NCBI GenBank assembly: GCA_965226795.1
Contig: CBDDDZ010000003.1
Span: 448,001 to 512,000, forward strand
From: Candidatus Latescibacterota bacterium
Lineage (GTDB): Bacteria > Latescibacterota > UBA2968 > GCA-2709665
Direction: 5' to 3'
DNA: 64,000 nt
Below the pieces are notes generated by a model, which had not been told where the DNA came from, did no database searches, and saw only the letters and a list, made by a program, of their open reading frames with translations. Position numbers and translations under genes: made by a program. Position 1 is the first letter of the stretch. Every line of letters begins with the position of its first letter. Shown here one piece after another: positions 9,363-20,036 of this stretch.

Positions 9363-11849
9363 ATGATGAGCGCGCGGCAGCGGATTGTCCCGATGGACAT
9401 CGGCGATGAACTGAAGAAGTCCATGCTGGACTACTCCATGAGCACGCTGGTGAATCGTGCGTTGCCGGATGTGCGTGACGGGCTCAAACCCTCGCAACGG
9501 CGCATCCTCATCGCGATGAACGACCTGGGACTTGGGCCCACCCGGCAGCACAGGAAGTGCGCCAACATCGCCGGGCATACGTCCGGGAACTACCACCCGC
9601 ACGGCGAGGAAATCGTCTACCCGACGTTGGTCAACCTGGCGCAGAACTTCAAGCTGCGCTATCCGCTCGTGGACGGACAGGGCAATTTCGGCTCGATCGA
9701 TGGGTATCCTCCCGCGGCGATGCGGTATACCGAGGCGAGGATGGCCGGCCCGGGCAGCGAGATGTTGCAGGACCTGGGCAAGAATACGGTGGATTTCAAC
9801 CCGAATTACGACGAACGGCTCAAGGAACCCGCCGTCCTGCCATCGCGTTTTCCTAATATGCTCTGCAACGGAGCCGTGGGAATCGCCGTGACCATGGCCA
9901 CGGCGATTCCGCCCCACAACCTCCGCGAAGTGGTCTCCGGAATGTTGGCATTGATCGACAATCCCGACCTTGAAGTCATGGATCTCATGGAATACATCAA
10001 GGGGCCCGATTTTCCCACGGGCGGGGCGATTTACGGAATGAGCGGCGTGCTGGACGCGTACCGTACCGGCCGGGGGCTGATCAGGATGCGGGCGACCGCC
10101 ACCGTGGAATCCCTCAAGAACGGACGCGAAAATATCGTCATTACCGAAATCCCTTATATGGTGGCCAAAGCCACGCTTCTGGAGAAGATGGCCGATCTGG
10201 TTCGGGAGAAGCGGGTTGAAGGGATATCGAATATTCGGGACGAGTCCGACCGAAAGGGTATGCGGGTTGTGGTGGAACTGAAACAGGATGCCTACAGCGA
10301 GGTGGTCCTGAACCAGCTTTACAAACATACGCAATTGGAAAGCACGTTCGGCGCCAATATGATTGCGCTGGTGGACAGGCAGCCCAGGCAGTTGAACCTG
10401 AAGCAGATGCTTCAGCATTATATTGATCACCGCCATAACGTCGTGGAGCGGCGCAGCTCGTACGAGCTTCAGGTGGCGGAAGACCGCGCGCATATCCTGG
10501 AAGGATTGAGAATTGCGCTGGATGCGATTGAAAAGGTGATTCAAATCGTCCGCGGGGCGGCCGATCCGGATGCCGCCCGTTCGATCCTGATGGATCGGTT
10601 GTCCCTGTCCGAGAGACAGGCGCAAGCGGTTCTCACGATGACCATACAGCGGCTGACGGGACTTGAACACCGGAAAATCGAAGAGGAATACGAGACACTG
10701 GTTAACGAGATCGCGAGGCTGAGGTCGATTCTGAACAGCAGAACGGAGCGACTTGGGCTTGTGAGGTCGGAACTACTGGAGGTTGAAGCGAAGTACGGGG
10801 ATGAACGACGAACCGACATCGTTTTTTCCGCAACGGAGTTCAATATCGAAGACCTGATCGCCGACGAGGACATGGGCATCACCATTTCGCACCAGGGGTA
10901 TATCAAACGAATTCCGTTGGACACGTACCGCCAGCAGCGCAGGGGTGGGCGCGGGGTGACGAGTATGCGGACCAAGGAAGAGGATTTCGTGGAACACCTC
11001 TTCATCGCTTCCACCCACAGCTATATTCTGTTTTTGACGGATCGAGGTCATTGTCACTGGCTGAAGGTACACGAGATTCCGGAAGGCGGGCGTGTTTCCC
11101 GCGGGCGCCCGGTGGTCAACCTGATCGAGATCGACGCGGGTCACAAGGTGGCCGCGATCGTGCCGGTCAGGGGATTTGACGACGGGTACTATTTGATGAA
11201 GGTGACCCGTAACGGTCTGGTCAAAAAGACGGTCTTGTCCGCGTACAGCCGGCCCCGGCGCGGTGGAATCATTGCGATGAATATTCTGGACGACGACCGG
11301 TTGATAGGAGCCGAAGTCACGAACGGGTTACAGGAGATTGTGCTGGCAACCCGCAACGGCCAGGCCATCCGGTTTCAGGAACAGGATGTGCGCGATACGG
11401 GGCGCGGTACCCAGGGGGTTAGAGGGATTTCCCTGGAGGATGACGACGAAGTGGTGTGCATGGTGGTGGTGCAGGACGCCGGCAGCACGCTGCTTACGGT
11501 CTCGGCGAAGGGATACGGTAAACGGACGGGGGTGTCTGATTACCGGTTGACCCGCCGCGGCGGCAAGGGGGTGATCAACATCAGGACCACCGAGCGAAAC
11601 GGCAAGGTGGTGGCGGTGAAAGGCGTGGTGGACGAGGATGAACTGATGATTGTGACCCTGAACGGAATCCTGATCCGGCAGCCGATCCGGGAAATCAGTT
11701 CGATCGGGAGGAATACGCAGGGAATGCGCCTCATCAATCTTGACGACGACGACAAGGTGATCGACGTTGCGCGCGTAATTTCTCAGAGTAACGGGGAGGG
11801 CTCAGAAGGTCTTCCGCCCGAGACCGGTCCCAATGGAGACGGGCAATAG
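9363..11849 (+). CDS. gyrA: DNA gyrase subunit A
   Basis: RALPDVRDGLKP, catalytic AAMRYTEAR, GyrA-box QRRGGRG, beta-pinwheel CTD repeats. Confidence 0.99.
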   Translation: MMSARQRIVPMDIGDELKKSMLDYSMSTLVNRALPDVRDGLKPSQRRILIAMNDLGLGPTRQHRKCANIAGHTSGNYHPHGEEIVYPTLVNLAQNFKLRYPLVDGQGNFGSIDGYPPAAMRYTEARMAGPGSEMLQDLGKNTVDFNPNYDERLKEPAVLPSRFPNMLCNGAVGIAVTMATAIPPHNLREVVSGMLALIDNPDLEVMDLMEYIKGPDFPTGGAIYGMSGVLDAYRTGRGLIRMRATATVESLKNGRENIVITEIPYMVAKATLLEKMADLVREKRVEGISNIRDESDRKGMRVVVELKQDAYSEVVLNQLYKHTQLESTFGANMIALVDRQPRQLNLKQMLQHYIDHRHNVVERRSSYELQVAEDRAHILEGLRIALDAIEKVIQIVRGAADPDAARSILMDRLSLSERQAQAVLTMTIQRLTGLEHRKIEEEYETLVNEIARLRSILNSRTERLGLVRSELLEVEAKYGDERRTDIVFSATEFNIEDLIADEDMGITISHQGYIKRIPLDTYRQQRRGGRGVTSMRTKEEDFVEHLFIASTHSYILFLTDRGHCHWLKVHEIPEGGRVSRGRPVVNLIEIDAGHKVAAIVPVRGFDDGYYLMKVTRNGLVKKTVLSAYSRPRRGGIIAMNILDDDRLIGAEVTNGLQEIVLATRNGQAIRFQEQDVRDTGRGTQGVRGISLEDDDEVVCMVVVQDAGSTLLTVSAKGYGKRTGVSDYRLTRRGGKGVINIRTTERNGKVVAVKGVVDEDELMIVTLNGILIRQPIREISSIGRNTQGMRLINLDDDDKVIDVARVISQSNGEGSEGLPPETGPNGDGQ

Positions 11850-11880
11850 GATTTGAGGGCAGGACCGCCGCCGTTCCTGA

Positions 11881-13188
11881 CTACAGCGCTTCGATGCGGA
11901 GTATCTGAGACGGTTCGGTGATTATGGGAAGTCGATCTATTAACTGAACGGCCGAACGCATGCTGGCTTCGCGTGCCTCGTGGGTCGTCATGATTAGCGG
12001 CACTGTGCCCTGCTCGGTTTCAGACCGGCCGTGCTGAATAACGGTTGCAATGCTGATTTTGTGCTCCGAAAAAATGTGGGCGATCCGTGCGAGTACGCCC
12101 GTCTGATCAAATACTGTAAAGCGGCAGTAAAAGCTGGTTTCGACCTCTTCGGGCGGAATCGGGTCTGCGAGGGGAAGGTCGGCGAGGGTCGCACGGCCCG
12201 TGGATCGGCCCGTCAGACGGCGTTCGGCCAGGTCGAGCAGATCGGAAACCACGGCGCTGGCCGTGGGCATCTGCCCGGCGCCGCGGCCGTACAGGACTTG
12301 CGGGCCGACGGCATTGCCCACGATCTCTACGGCGTTGAATTCGTCCTTTATATTCGCCAGCAGTGCGCCAGAGGGCACCAGGACCGGGTGGACGCGGGCT
12401 TCAATTCGGTTTTGAATCGCCTTCGCAATGGCCAGTAGCTTGATGGTATATCCGAGTTCCCTGGCGAAGTCGATGTCCAGCGGAGAGATGTGCGAGATAC
12501 CCTCTTTGAGGATGTGCGAGGGATTCAGGCCAACACGAAAGGCGATGCGGCACAGAAGGGCGAGTTTCTGGGCAACGTCCGTGCCGTCGATGTCCATGGT
12601 GGGATCCGCTTCGGCAAATCCCTTTTCCTGGGCGCGACGGAGCATGGTTTGAAAATCACCGCCATCGTCAGTCATCCTGGTAAGAATGTAGTTGGTGGTC
12701 CCATTGAGAATCCCATAGATGGACTGAATCCGGTTGGCTGCCAGGCCATCCGTTAGCGACCGGATGATGGGTATGCCGCCGCAGACGCTGGCTTCAAAGC
12801 CGATGTTTGCGCCGTTGCGCGCGGCGGCTCTGAACAGGTCGTCGCCCTGTTCGGCGAGCAGGGCCTTGTTGGCGGTGGCCAGGTCTTTTCCGTTCTCGAG
12901 CGCTTTCAGGCAGAGGTCCCTGGCGGGGTCGAGTCCCCCCATCACTTCAACGACTATCTGGATTTCGGGGTCTTCAATGACCTCGCTCGCGCTGGCGGTG
13001 AGGATATCAGTGGGTAGATCACGGTCGCGCGACTTGGAGATTTCCCTCACGGCAATTCGCCTCAGGTCGAACGCCACGCCGTGTATGGATCTGAAATAGT
13101 CGGCGCGCTGCTTGAGAATGCGAACGACGCCGGCGCCTACGACGCCCAGGCCGATGAGTCCGATACCGATGTGTCGATGGTTGGGCAT
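11881..13188 (-). CDS. hom: Homoserine dehydrogenase with C-terminal ACT domain (start 13188 or 13200)
   Basis: GLIGLGVVGAG, TANKA, FEASVCGGIP, GILNGTTNYIL, AEADPT, GRGAG..TASAV; promoter at 13291-13319 argues against the 13302 start. Confidence 0.96.
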   Translation of the reverse strand: MPNHRHIGIGLIGLGVVGAGVVRILKQRADYFRSIHGVAFDLRRIAVREISKSRDRDLPTDILTASASEVIEDPEIQIVVEVMGGLDPARDLCLKALENGKDLATANKALLAEQGDDLFRAAARNGANIGFEASVCGGIPIIRSLTDGLAANRIQSIYGILNGTTNYILTRMTDDGGDFQTMLRRAQEKGFAEADPTMDIDGTDVAQKLALLCRIAFRVGLNPSHILKEGISHISPLDIDFARELGYTIKLLAIAKAIQNRIEARVHPVLVPSGALLANIKDEFNAVEIVGNAVGPQVLYGRGAGQMPTASAVVSDLLDLAERRLTGRSTGRATLADLPLADPIPPEEVETSFYCRFTVFDQTGVLARIAHIFSEHKISIATVIQHGRSETEQGTVPLIMTTHEAREASMRSAVQLIDRLPIITEPSQILRIEAL

Positions 13189-13290
13189 GCTGGAATCCAT
13201 GTTCTGGATTGTGGTTGACCACGTATCGCCGGCGGACGTATCCGCAGCGGAAACTAACGTCGGACATGGACCAAATTGAAGCGACGGACC

Positions 13291-13319
13291 AATATAGGAC
13301 AAAGGGGAACGGTAGGCAA
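13291..13319 (-). promoter_or_regulatory. Putative hom promoter
   Basis: TTGCCT-N17-TATATT on minus strand. Confidence 0.6.
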
Positions 13320-13406
13320 GGGGGACACGCCAGGAAACGCGCCGGCTGTTGTTGCCTGGCGGTGGTTCCGGCCTCCGTCGCTGGCATGGAATATTTCTGA
13401 AAAGTG

Positions 13407-13435
13407 TTGACAGCTTCAGGGGGCGTGGTTATCTT
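13407..13435 (+). promoter_or_regulatory. tRNA-Asp promoter
   Basis: TTGACA-N17-TATCTT with extended TG. Confidence 0.7.
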
Positions 13436-13484
13436 TACGCCCGCTCAAAATAGAGGTCGATTTGAGCATTTGTTCCAATGATGC

Positions 13485-13563
13485 GGGGTAGTAGCTCAGC
13501 ATTGGTTAGAGTGCAGGCCTGTCAAGCCTGAGGTCGCGGGTTCAAGTCCCGTCTACCCCGCCA
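13485..13563 (+). tRNA. tRNA-Asp(GTC)
   Basis: Acceptor GGGGTAG/CTACCCC, anticodon arm CAGGC-CT-GTC-AA-GCCTG, T-arm GGTTCAAGTCC, discriminator G, encoded CCA. Confidence 0.97.
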
Positions 13564-13633
13564 TATAAACATTAAGGATGGCCACGGAAGGCCTGTCCGA
13601 ACGCCCTCCGCAGTCGGGGAGAATTACGGACGC

Positions 13634-13668
13634 CCACCACTTCCCCTCATCGGGATGGGTGGTTTTTT
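13634..13668 (+). terminator. Intrinsic terminator after tRNA-Asp
   Basis: CCACC...GGTGG stem followed by T6. Confidence 0.6.
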
Positions 13669-13820
13669 GTGTTTGTATTCACGATGCCCGACTCAAGGCA
13701 GGGTCGGGCGTTTTGGTGTTGCGGTTGACCCTTGCGAATGTGGTTCCGTGGTTGTCGTCTTTCGCTGCTTCCTTCTTCATGTGCGGAAGCGTGGCGGCGG
13801 ACAGGATCCGGGGGACTTGA

Positions 13821-16800
13821 ATGTCGATCAAACGGATATACGACAGGATGGTGAAGTCACAGCCGTTCGAGGACCTGGCGCGTCTGATCGACGCCCGTAC
13901 GCCGGCGATTCCGGTGCGCGGGTTGCCGGGTTCGCTCACGGCGTTCGGTATTGCGTGGGTGGAGGAGACGGCGCCCGGGCCGGTATTGGTGGTGTGCGCT
14001 TCGGAGGATCGAGCGGAAGAAGTGCGCGACGATCTGGAGCGGGTGCAGGGTTCGAGCCGCGTCGGGATTTTTCCCGCGTGGGGCGGGTCGCCGTACGACC
14101 ATCGGTCGCCCCATCTCGACGTGATGGGGCTTCGGCTGGAGGCGCTGGATCAGTTACAGGGGGCAGGCGGCGGGGTTGTGGTTACGCCGGTGGAGGCCCT
14201 GATGAGCCATACCCTGCCGCCGGACCTGTATGATCTGGCGGTGCAGGAAATACGGGTGGGGGAAAAGGTTGCGCCCGATACACTGGCTGAACATCTGGTG
14301 GATATCGGATATGAGCGTGTGACGCTGGTGGGCGGGGTGGGTCAGTTCAGCGTACGGGGAGGCATCCTCGACGTCTGCTCGTTTGGCAGCACACATCCGG
14401 TCCGGATCGAGTTTTTTGGCGATGAGGTGGAATCGATTCGCGCGTTTGATCTGGGCACGCAGCGGTCGGTGACCAGGCATGAGACGGCGCGGGTGCTGCC
14501 GTGCCGCGAGGCGGTCCTGGTAGAGACGCTGTCGGACGTGTTTGCGACGCACCTGGCCGAAGCGGAACGGGGGCTTGGAATGGGCCTGGACGGGCTGCGT
14601 GAAGCGATGGATAGCCAGGGCGCGTTTGACGGGTTGGAGCAGTACCTGGGCATTCTTTACAGAGACCAGACCTGCCTGCTGGACCACGTTTCGGATGGTT
14701 ATGTCGTGGTGGACGACCCCGTAGCCGTCGAAACGGCCGCAGCTGACGGGTGGGCGCGGGTGGAGGTGGCGGCCCGGCGGCAGAAGAAGAGGCGTGGAGA
14801 GCCGGAGCCGCTACCCGCGGGTGCCGTAGCCCGTCATCCGGAGGCGGTTCTGAGGCGGCTGGCCGGAATGCGCCGGGTTCTGAACTGGCCGCTGGGCGGA
14901 CGTTCGGAGGAGGGCGTCCACTTTTCGGGCATCGGCGGGCGGCGATATGAGGGCCATCTGGAAACACTGAAGGAGGATTTGAGGAGACACTGGCAGGCGG
15001 ACTACGAGGTGGTGCTGTTGTGCGAGAGCCAGGGCCAGAAAGCGCGGTTCGAGGAACTGCTGGAAGATGAGGAGAACCTGATATCGATATACGTGGGCAC
15101 CCTGCACAGCGGCTTTACGTTTACGTCCCCAACCGCGCGAGTGGTGGTGCTGAACGACCACGAGATTTACACCCTTGCGCGCCGCCGCCGCCGTTACAGG
15201 CGGTTCAAGGACGCCACGCCCATCCGCAGCATTTCCAGCCTGCGGGCCGGCGATTTCGTCGTACACGTTGACCATGGCATCGGGCGCTACGAGGGGATCG
15301 AGCATCTCACGGTGGACGGCGTCCGCCAGGACTGTTTGTCCATGTTCTATCGGGGTGGCGACCGGGTGTTCGTACCGGTGGATCAGATGGACCGCGTACA
15401 GAAGTATGCGGGACAGGACAGTATCGCCCCCGCGTTGAGCAAACTGGGTACGGCAACCTGGGAACGTGTAAAGGAAAGGGCCAGGAAGGAGGTCTTCAAG
15501 ATGGCGGTGGAATTGCTGTCTCTTTACGCTGAGCGAAAGGCATCTCCCGGCACGGAGTTTTCGGATGACACAGCGCTCCAGGGAGCCCTTGAAGCCTCGT
15601 TTCCGTTCCAGGAAACGAGGGATCAGCTTCGGACGATTCAGGAAGTCAAAAAGGACATGGAACGTTCGGCGCCGATGGATCGACTGGTGTGCGGCGACGT
15701 GGGGTACGGGAAGACAGAAGTCGCGGTGCGTGCTGCGTTCAAAGCCGTGGCCGATGGAAAGCAGGTTGCGGTGCTGGCGCCAACCACCATTCTCGCGCAG
15801 CAGCACTTCCGTACGTTTAAGGAGCGAATGGACGGCCTGCCGGTTACCGTCGACGTGTTGAGCCGGTTCCGCACGCCCCGAGAGCAACGGACGGCGCTAG
15901 ACGGCCTGGCGGCCGGACGGGTGGATGTTGCGGTCGGTACCCACCGCCTGCTGTCCCAGGACGTTCGGTTTCGGGATCTCGGATTGCTCGTGATCGATGA
16001 AGAGCACCGGTTCGGCGTACGTCACAAGGAACGGTTCAAGCAGATACGGCGGCAGGTGGATGTACTGACGCTTACGGCGACGCCAATTCCCCGGACGCTT
16101 CATATGTCCCTGATGGGGGCGAGGGATATGTCGATCATTCGTACGCCCCCCAAGGACCGGCTTCCCATCACGACCGAAGTCCTGCCGTTTGACGAGGAGA
16201 GGATTGCCGAAGCCATTCTGCGGGAAATTGACCGAGGGGGGCAGGTGTATTTTGTCCACAACAGAGTGCAGTCGATGCCCGCCATCGTGAATTTCCTGGA
16301 GCAGCTGGTCCCGCAGGTGCGGTTTGGGGTAGCCCATGGACAGATGCCGGAAAGACAACTCGAAAAGGTGATGATGGATTTTCTGGACGGCAGGTACGAC
16401 TGCCTGGTTTCCACGATGATAATCGAGTCGGGGTTGGATATTCCCAGTGTGAATACGCTGATTGTGAACCGTGCCGACCGGATGGGACTCGCCCAACTCT
16501 ACCAGCTTCGCGGCCGCGTGGGCCGGTCCACGCGGCAGGCGTTTGCGTATCTCCTGATTCCTTCGTGGAAATCACTCAAAAAGCCGGCGGTCCGTCGTCT
16601 GCGCGCCATCGAGGAATTCGCGGATCTGGGCTCCGGCTTCAATATATCGATGCGGGACATGGAGATCCGGGGAACGGGCAATCTTCTGGGCGCGCAGCAA
16701 CATGGGCATATTACGGCGGTAGGTTTCGAACTCTATTGCCGGTTACTGGACGAGGCGATCGCTCAGATACACGGCAATGAGGCCGAACCTGCGGCCGAAC

Positions 16801-17231
16801 CCGAGGTGCAGGTGGCCGTATCCACATATATTCCGGAAACCTATATTTCGGATGAAGATCTGAAGATGCTATTTTACCAGCGGCTGGGCGAGTGCCGGCA
16901 GACGGTGGAGATCCTGGCATTGGAAGAGGAAATGGCGGACCGCTTCGGTCCGTTACCGGAGCCCGCAACGGCGCTCCTGGATACAATAACCGTGCGGATA
17001 CTGGCGCGGCAGCTTCGTGCGCACTCGGTACGGACGGGTCGAACGCTGGCTGTCATGTTTCCGAAGGATCGAATGTTAACGCGGAATCAGGTAGAGGACT
17101 GGGTGGCGGCTGCGCCCGTACCGCTGCAGTTTTCACTGGGTGATCAGGTGCTCATTGAGGCGGAGTTGGAGGGCAACGGCCCTGGCGAACGCCTCGCAAA
17201 TGCCAAAAAGGTGTTGCAGAGCCTCGTCTGA
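13821..17231 (+). CDS. mfd: Transcription-repair coupling factor
   Basis: UvrB-like RGGILDV, CarD/TRCF VHVDHGIGRY, CGDVGYGKTEVA, DEEHRFGV, QLRGRVGRS, TRG motif. Confidence 0.98.
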   Translation: MSIKRIYDRMVKSQPFEDLARLIDARTPAIPVRGLPGSLTAFGIAWVEETAPGPVLVVCASEDRAEEVRDDLERVQGSSRVGIFPAWGGSPYDHRSPHLDVMGLRLEALDQLQGAGGGVVVTPVEALMSHTLPPDLYDLAVQEIRVGEKVAPDTLAEHLVDIGYERVTLVGGVGQFSVRGGILDVCSFGSTHPVRIEFFGDEVESIRAFDLGTQRSVTRHETARVLPCREAVLVETLSDVFATHLAEAERGLGMGLDGLREAMDSQGAFDGLEQYLGILYRDQTCLLDHVSDGYVVVDDPVAVETAAADGWARVEVAARRQKKRRGEPEPLPAGAVARHPEAVLRRLAGMRRVLNWPLGGRSEEGVHFSGIGGRRYEGHLETLKEDLRRHWQADYEVVLLCESQGQKARFEELLEDEENLISIYVGTLHSGFTFTSPTARVVVLNDHEIYTLARRRRRYRRFKDATPIRSISSLRAGDFVVHVDHGIGRYEGIEHLTVDGVRQDCLSMFYRGGDRVFVPVDQMDRVQKYAGQDSIAPALSKLGTATWERVKERARKEVFKMAVELLSLYAERKASPGTEFSDDTALQGALEASFPFQETRDQLRTIQEVKKDMERSAPMDRLVCGDVGYGKTEVAVRAAFKAVADGKQVAVLAPTTILAQQHFRTFKERMDGLPVTVDVLSRFRTPREQRTALDGLAAGRVDVAVGTHRLLSQDVRFRDLGLLVIDEEHRFGVRHKERFKQIRRQVDVLTLTATPIPRTLHMSLMGARDMSIIRTPPKDRLPITTEVLPFDEERIAEAILREIDRGGQVYFVHNRVQSMPAIVNFLEQLVPQVRFGVAHGQMPERQLEKVMMDFLDGRYDCLVSTMIIESGLDIPSVNTLIVNRADRMGLAQLYQLRGRVGRSTRQAFAYLLIPSWKSLKKPAVRRLRAIEEFADLGSGFNISMRDMEIRGTGNLLGAQQHGHITAVGFELYCRLLDEAIAQIHGNEAEPAAEPEVQVAVSTYIPETYISDEDLKMLFYQRLGECRQTVEILALEEEMADRFGPLPEPATALLDTITVRILARQLRAHSVRTGRTLAVMFPKDRMLTRNQVEDWVAAAPVPLQFSLGDQVLIEAELEGNGPGERLANAKKVLQSLV

Positions 17232-17360
17232 GCGCATATATTCTCGACCCAAGGCGGAACCAAACGATGTCCGGACAGTCAGCTATAAGTGCGGCGGGTT
17301 GAATTCAGGGCATCGACGCGAGGGCCTGTAGACGTTTCGGACATTCGGAGACGATAAATT

Positions 17361-18662
17361 ATGGACAGATGCTTTCCAGGATGTGTGTGGTACACACTGG
17401 TGACGGCTCTGGTGTTGATGTGCGCGTCGAGCGCCCCTGCGAAACCGCAGCTCCTCGATCAGATTGTGGCGGTGGTGGACGATCAGATCGTATTGCGTTC
17501 TGACGTGATGTCGAACATGGCGATGGTTGCCATGCAACAGGGGCTGATCAGGGAGGATCTCACGCCGGACAGGGTCAGCGAGATGTTCGAGCTTATTCTG
17601 GGGAACATGATCCAGGAAAAACTCCTGCTGGCCAGGGCGGAACAGGACAGCATCGAGGTTGACGAGGAGGTCATCGAGCGTGCGGTCCGGTCCCGCGTCC
17701 GGGAACTCAAGGCGGAACACGGCGAAGAGGATTTCGCCGGCCAGCTTGCCGAAGGCGGTGTGACGGAACGGGATCTGCGCGAACAGTATCGCCAGGAGTT
17801 TCGGAAGGATTTTTTGCGGCAGCGGATGTACGCACGCCTGAGCCAACAGGTCGAAGTGTCGTTCAAGGACGTTCAGGATTATATAGCGCGATATCAGGAC
17901 CGGCTTCCGCCGTTGGTGAGTATCAGTCATATTCTGGTGGCGATCGAAGCCTCCGACGATCTCGACGCAGAGGTCAGGTCACAGGCAGACACATTAATTG
18001 GCCGCTTGCGCAACGGCGAAGATTTCTCGGCATTGGCGCAGCAGTATTCGAGCGACAAGGGAAGCCGCGAAGATGGCGGTGACCTCGGTTATTTCCCGCG
18101 CGGACGCATGGTTCCGGCGTTTGAAGAGGCGGCCTTCGCGCTGCGGCCCGGGGAGATCAGTGCGCCGGTAAAGACAAAGTTCGGTTACCACATCATCAAG
18201 GTAGAAGCTGTGTCCGGCGACCAGATAAGGGCACGGCACATTCTCATTCAGCTGCAGCCGTCGACACGGGACGTGAGGGCAGCGTACGACAAGGCGTTGG
18301 ATCTGGCAAAAAAGGCTCAGGCGGGAGAGGATTTCGCGGAGTTGGCCCGGAAACATTCCACGCACGAGGAGACGGCCAAAAAGGGCGGGCGGCTTCCAGG
18401 GCCGTTCACGGCGGAAAATCTGCCACCCGAATTCTCGGATGTACTGAAGACCATGCGCATGGGCGAAGTGAGCGCGCCGATACAGACGGAGTACGGATGG
18501 CATGTTGTAAAGGTGAATGACGACCAGGGCGCCGTTAAGGAAATCATGCGACAGGAGCACCTGCAAAAGCGGTTCGAAGAGGTCCTCGCGGAAACACGGG
18601 CTCGTCTTTACGTGGAGGTTCGGCCGTACGATTTGGGGTACGGAAGCCGTTCGCAGAAGTAA
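17361..18662 (+). CDS. surA: SurA-like periplasmic chaperone with two parvulin PPIase domains
   Basis: Signal peptide, [21 protein letters not shown]...[14 protein letters not shown]...GGDLG, ARHIL. Confidence 0.85.
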   Translation: MDRCFPGCVWYTLVTALVLMCASSAPAKPQLLDQIVAVVDDQIVLRSDVMSNMAMVAMQQGLIREDLTPDRVSEMFELILGNMIQEKLLLARAEQDSIEVDEEVIERAVRSRVRELKAEHGEEDFAGQLAEGGVTERDLREQYRQEFRKDFLRQRMYARLSQQVEVSFKDVQDYIARYQDRLPPLVSISHILVAIEASDDLDAEVRSQADTLIGRLRNGEDFSALAQQYSSDKGSREDGGDLGYFPRGRMVPAFEEAAFALRPGEISAPVKTKFGYHIIKVEAVSGDQIRARHILIQLQPSTRDVRAAYDKALDLAKKAQAGEDFAELARKHSTHEETAKKGGRLPGPFTAENLPPEFSDVLKTMRMGEVSAPIQTEYGWHVVKVNDDQGAVKEIMRQEHLQKRFEEVLAETRARLYVEVRPYDLGYGSRSQK

Positions 18663-18772
18663 GGTTCCCCGGGAGCCGCAGTCACTTCGCCGGCGGTCGG
18701 TTAGTCTGCACCGCCGGATCGGGCAACGGGAAGTTCCTGGATTCGATATCGACAACGAGCGTATATTTCGAT

Positions 18773-19045
18773 ATGCGGATGGATTTATTCTTAACGCGAT
18801 GTTGTTTGACTCGGCGCCGTTCCGAAGCAAAACGCGCCTGTGAGAACGGGATAGTGATGCTTGACGGGCGTCGCGCGAAGCCGGGGCACGCCGTTGGGCC
18901 GGGCAAGCGTGTGAGCATCTCCTTTCTGGACCGGTACCTGGAATTGGAAATTCTCAAGCTGCCAACCGGAAACGTCTCCCGGGCGGACGCCAGGTCATAT
19001 TACCAGGTGTTTCGTGACGAGGCGTGCGAGGTCACTGACTTCTGA
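18773..19045 (+). CDS. S4-domain RNA-binding protein (Hsp15/HslR-like)
   Basis: MRMDLFL...RRSEAKRACENG.V.LDGRRAKP S4 pattern. Confidence 0.85.
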   Translation: MRMDLFLTRCCLTRRRSEAKRACENGIVMLDGRRAKPGHAVGPGKRVSISFLDRYLELEILKLPTGNVSRADARSYYQVFRDEACEVTDF

Positions 19046-19076
19046 CGGCATACGAAGCCAGGATGTCAAGCCGGCG

Positions 19077-19107
19077 AGTCCAGCCCTGTCGGGGCTGGAC
19101 TTTTTTT
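19077..19107 (+). terminator. Intrinsic terminator
   Basis: AGTCCAGCCC-tgtcg-GGGCTGGACT followed by T run. Confidence 0.85.
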
Positions 19108-19147
19108 ATAACGAATACCCGGAGTCGCACAAGCGCGGGCTTGTCGT

Positions 19148-19176
19148 TTGCCCTTTCCCTGTGACCTGTTTATATT
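19148..19176 (+). promoter_or_regulatory. Promoter giving a probably leaderless transcript
   Basis: TTGCCC-N17-TATATT ending 7 nt before the A of ATG 19183; no SD. Confidence 0.55.
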
Positions 19177-19182
19177 GAATTT

Positions 19183-19968
19183 ATGTTCGGAAGAAAAAAA
19201 GACATATGCAAGGCGCAGCCCTACACCCGGCTTGCGGAGATCTATGACTATGTGATGCGGCATGTGGACTATGTGCAGTGGGCCGATTACGTGGAGGCCG
19301 TCTTTGATCGACACAACGTGGCGCCGTCGCAGGTGCTCGATCTCGCATGTGGCACGGGTAGTATGGCGTTGGAACTGCGAAAGCGGGCCTACCGTGCTTC
19401 CGGTGCGGATGCTTGCCGGGAGATGCTGGACGTGGCAGAAGAAAAAGCACGAAAATCAGGGTGCAACGTGGAATTTTTTCACAGAAATCTGCTGGACCTG
19501 TCAGGTCTGCCGCGGTTCGAAGCGGTACTTTGTCTGTACGACAGCATAAATTACCTGATGACGATAGAGGACGTCGACCGGGCATTGAAGGAGGTTCACG
19601 CGATCTTGCTGCCGCACGGCGTTTTTGTATTTGACGTTTGTACCGAAACCAACTCGCTGCGATACTTTCGCAGGCTGACGGATAAAGACAGTGGCGATGG
19701 ATTTACTTACGTCCGTGAAAGCTTTTACAGGAACGGGATCCAGTTCAATCGATTTGACATCCGGTTCAAGCAGACGGATGAAGCCGTGGAAGAGGTGCAT
19801 CGTCAGCGAATATATGCACTGGCGGATATACAGACTGCGCTGGAGCGGTCTCCGTTTTCGCTGGAAGGGGCCTACGATGGATTCGGCTTTTGCGAGCCCG
19901 ACGAAGGGTCGGATCGGGTGCATTTCGTATTGCGGAAAATTGGCGAGGCGGCTCAATCGGGCACGTGA
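19183..19968 (+). CDS. Class I SAM-dependent methyltransferase
   Basis: VLDLACGTG, CLYDSINY, GVFVFDV motifs. Confidence 0.9.
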   Translation: MFGRKKDICKAQPYTRLAEIYDYVMRHVDYVQWADYVEAVFDRHNVAPSQVLDLACGTGSMALELRKRAYRASGADACREMLDVAEEKARKSGCNVEFFHRNLLDLSGLPRFEAVLCLYDSINYLMTIEDVDRALKEVHAILLPHGVFVFDVCTETNSLRYFRRLTDKDSGDGFTYVRESFYRNGIQFNRFDIRFKQTDEAVEEVHRQRIYALADIQTALERSPFSLEGAYDGFGFCEPDEGSDRVHFVLRKIGEAAQSGT

Positions 19969-20036
19969 AAAGTGGTTCCGGGACCGCAGCCTGATGAGGA
20001 TACGAACTTCAAGGGATTCCCGCGGCAGGAGGTCTT

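Noticed and set aside
13485..13563. tRNA-Asp as integration site of an island
   Set aside because: No duplicated tRNA 3' end or integrase seen; core gene mfd follows.
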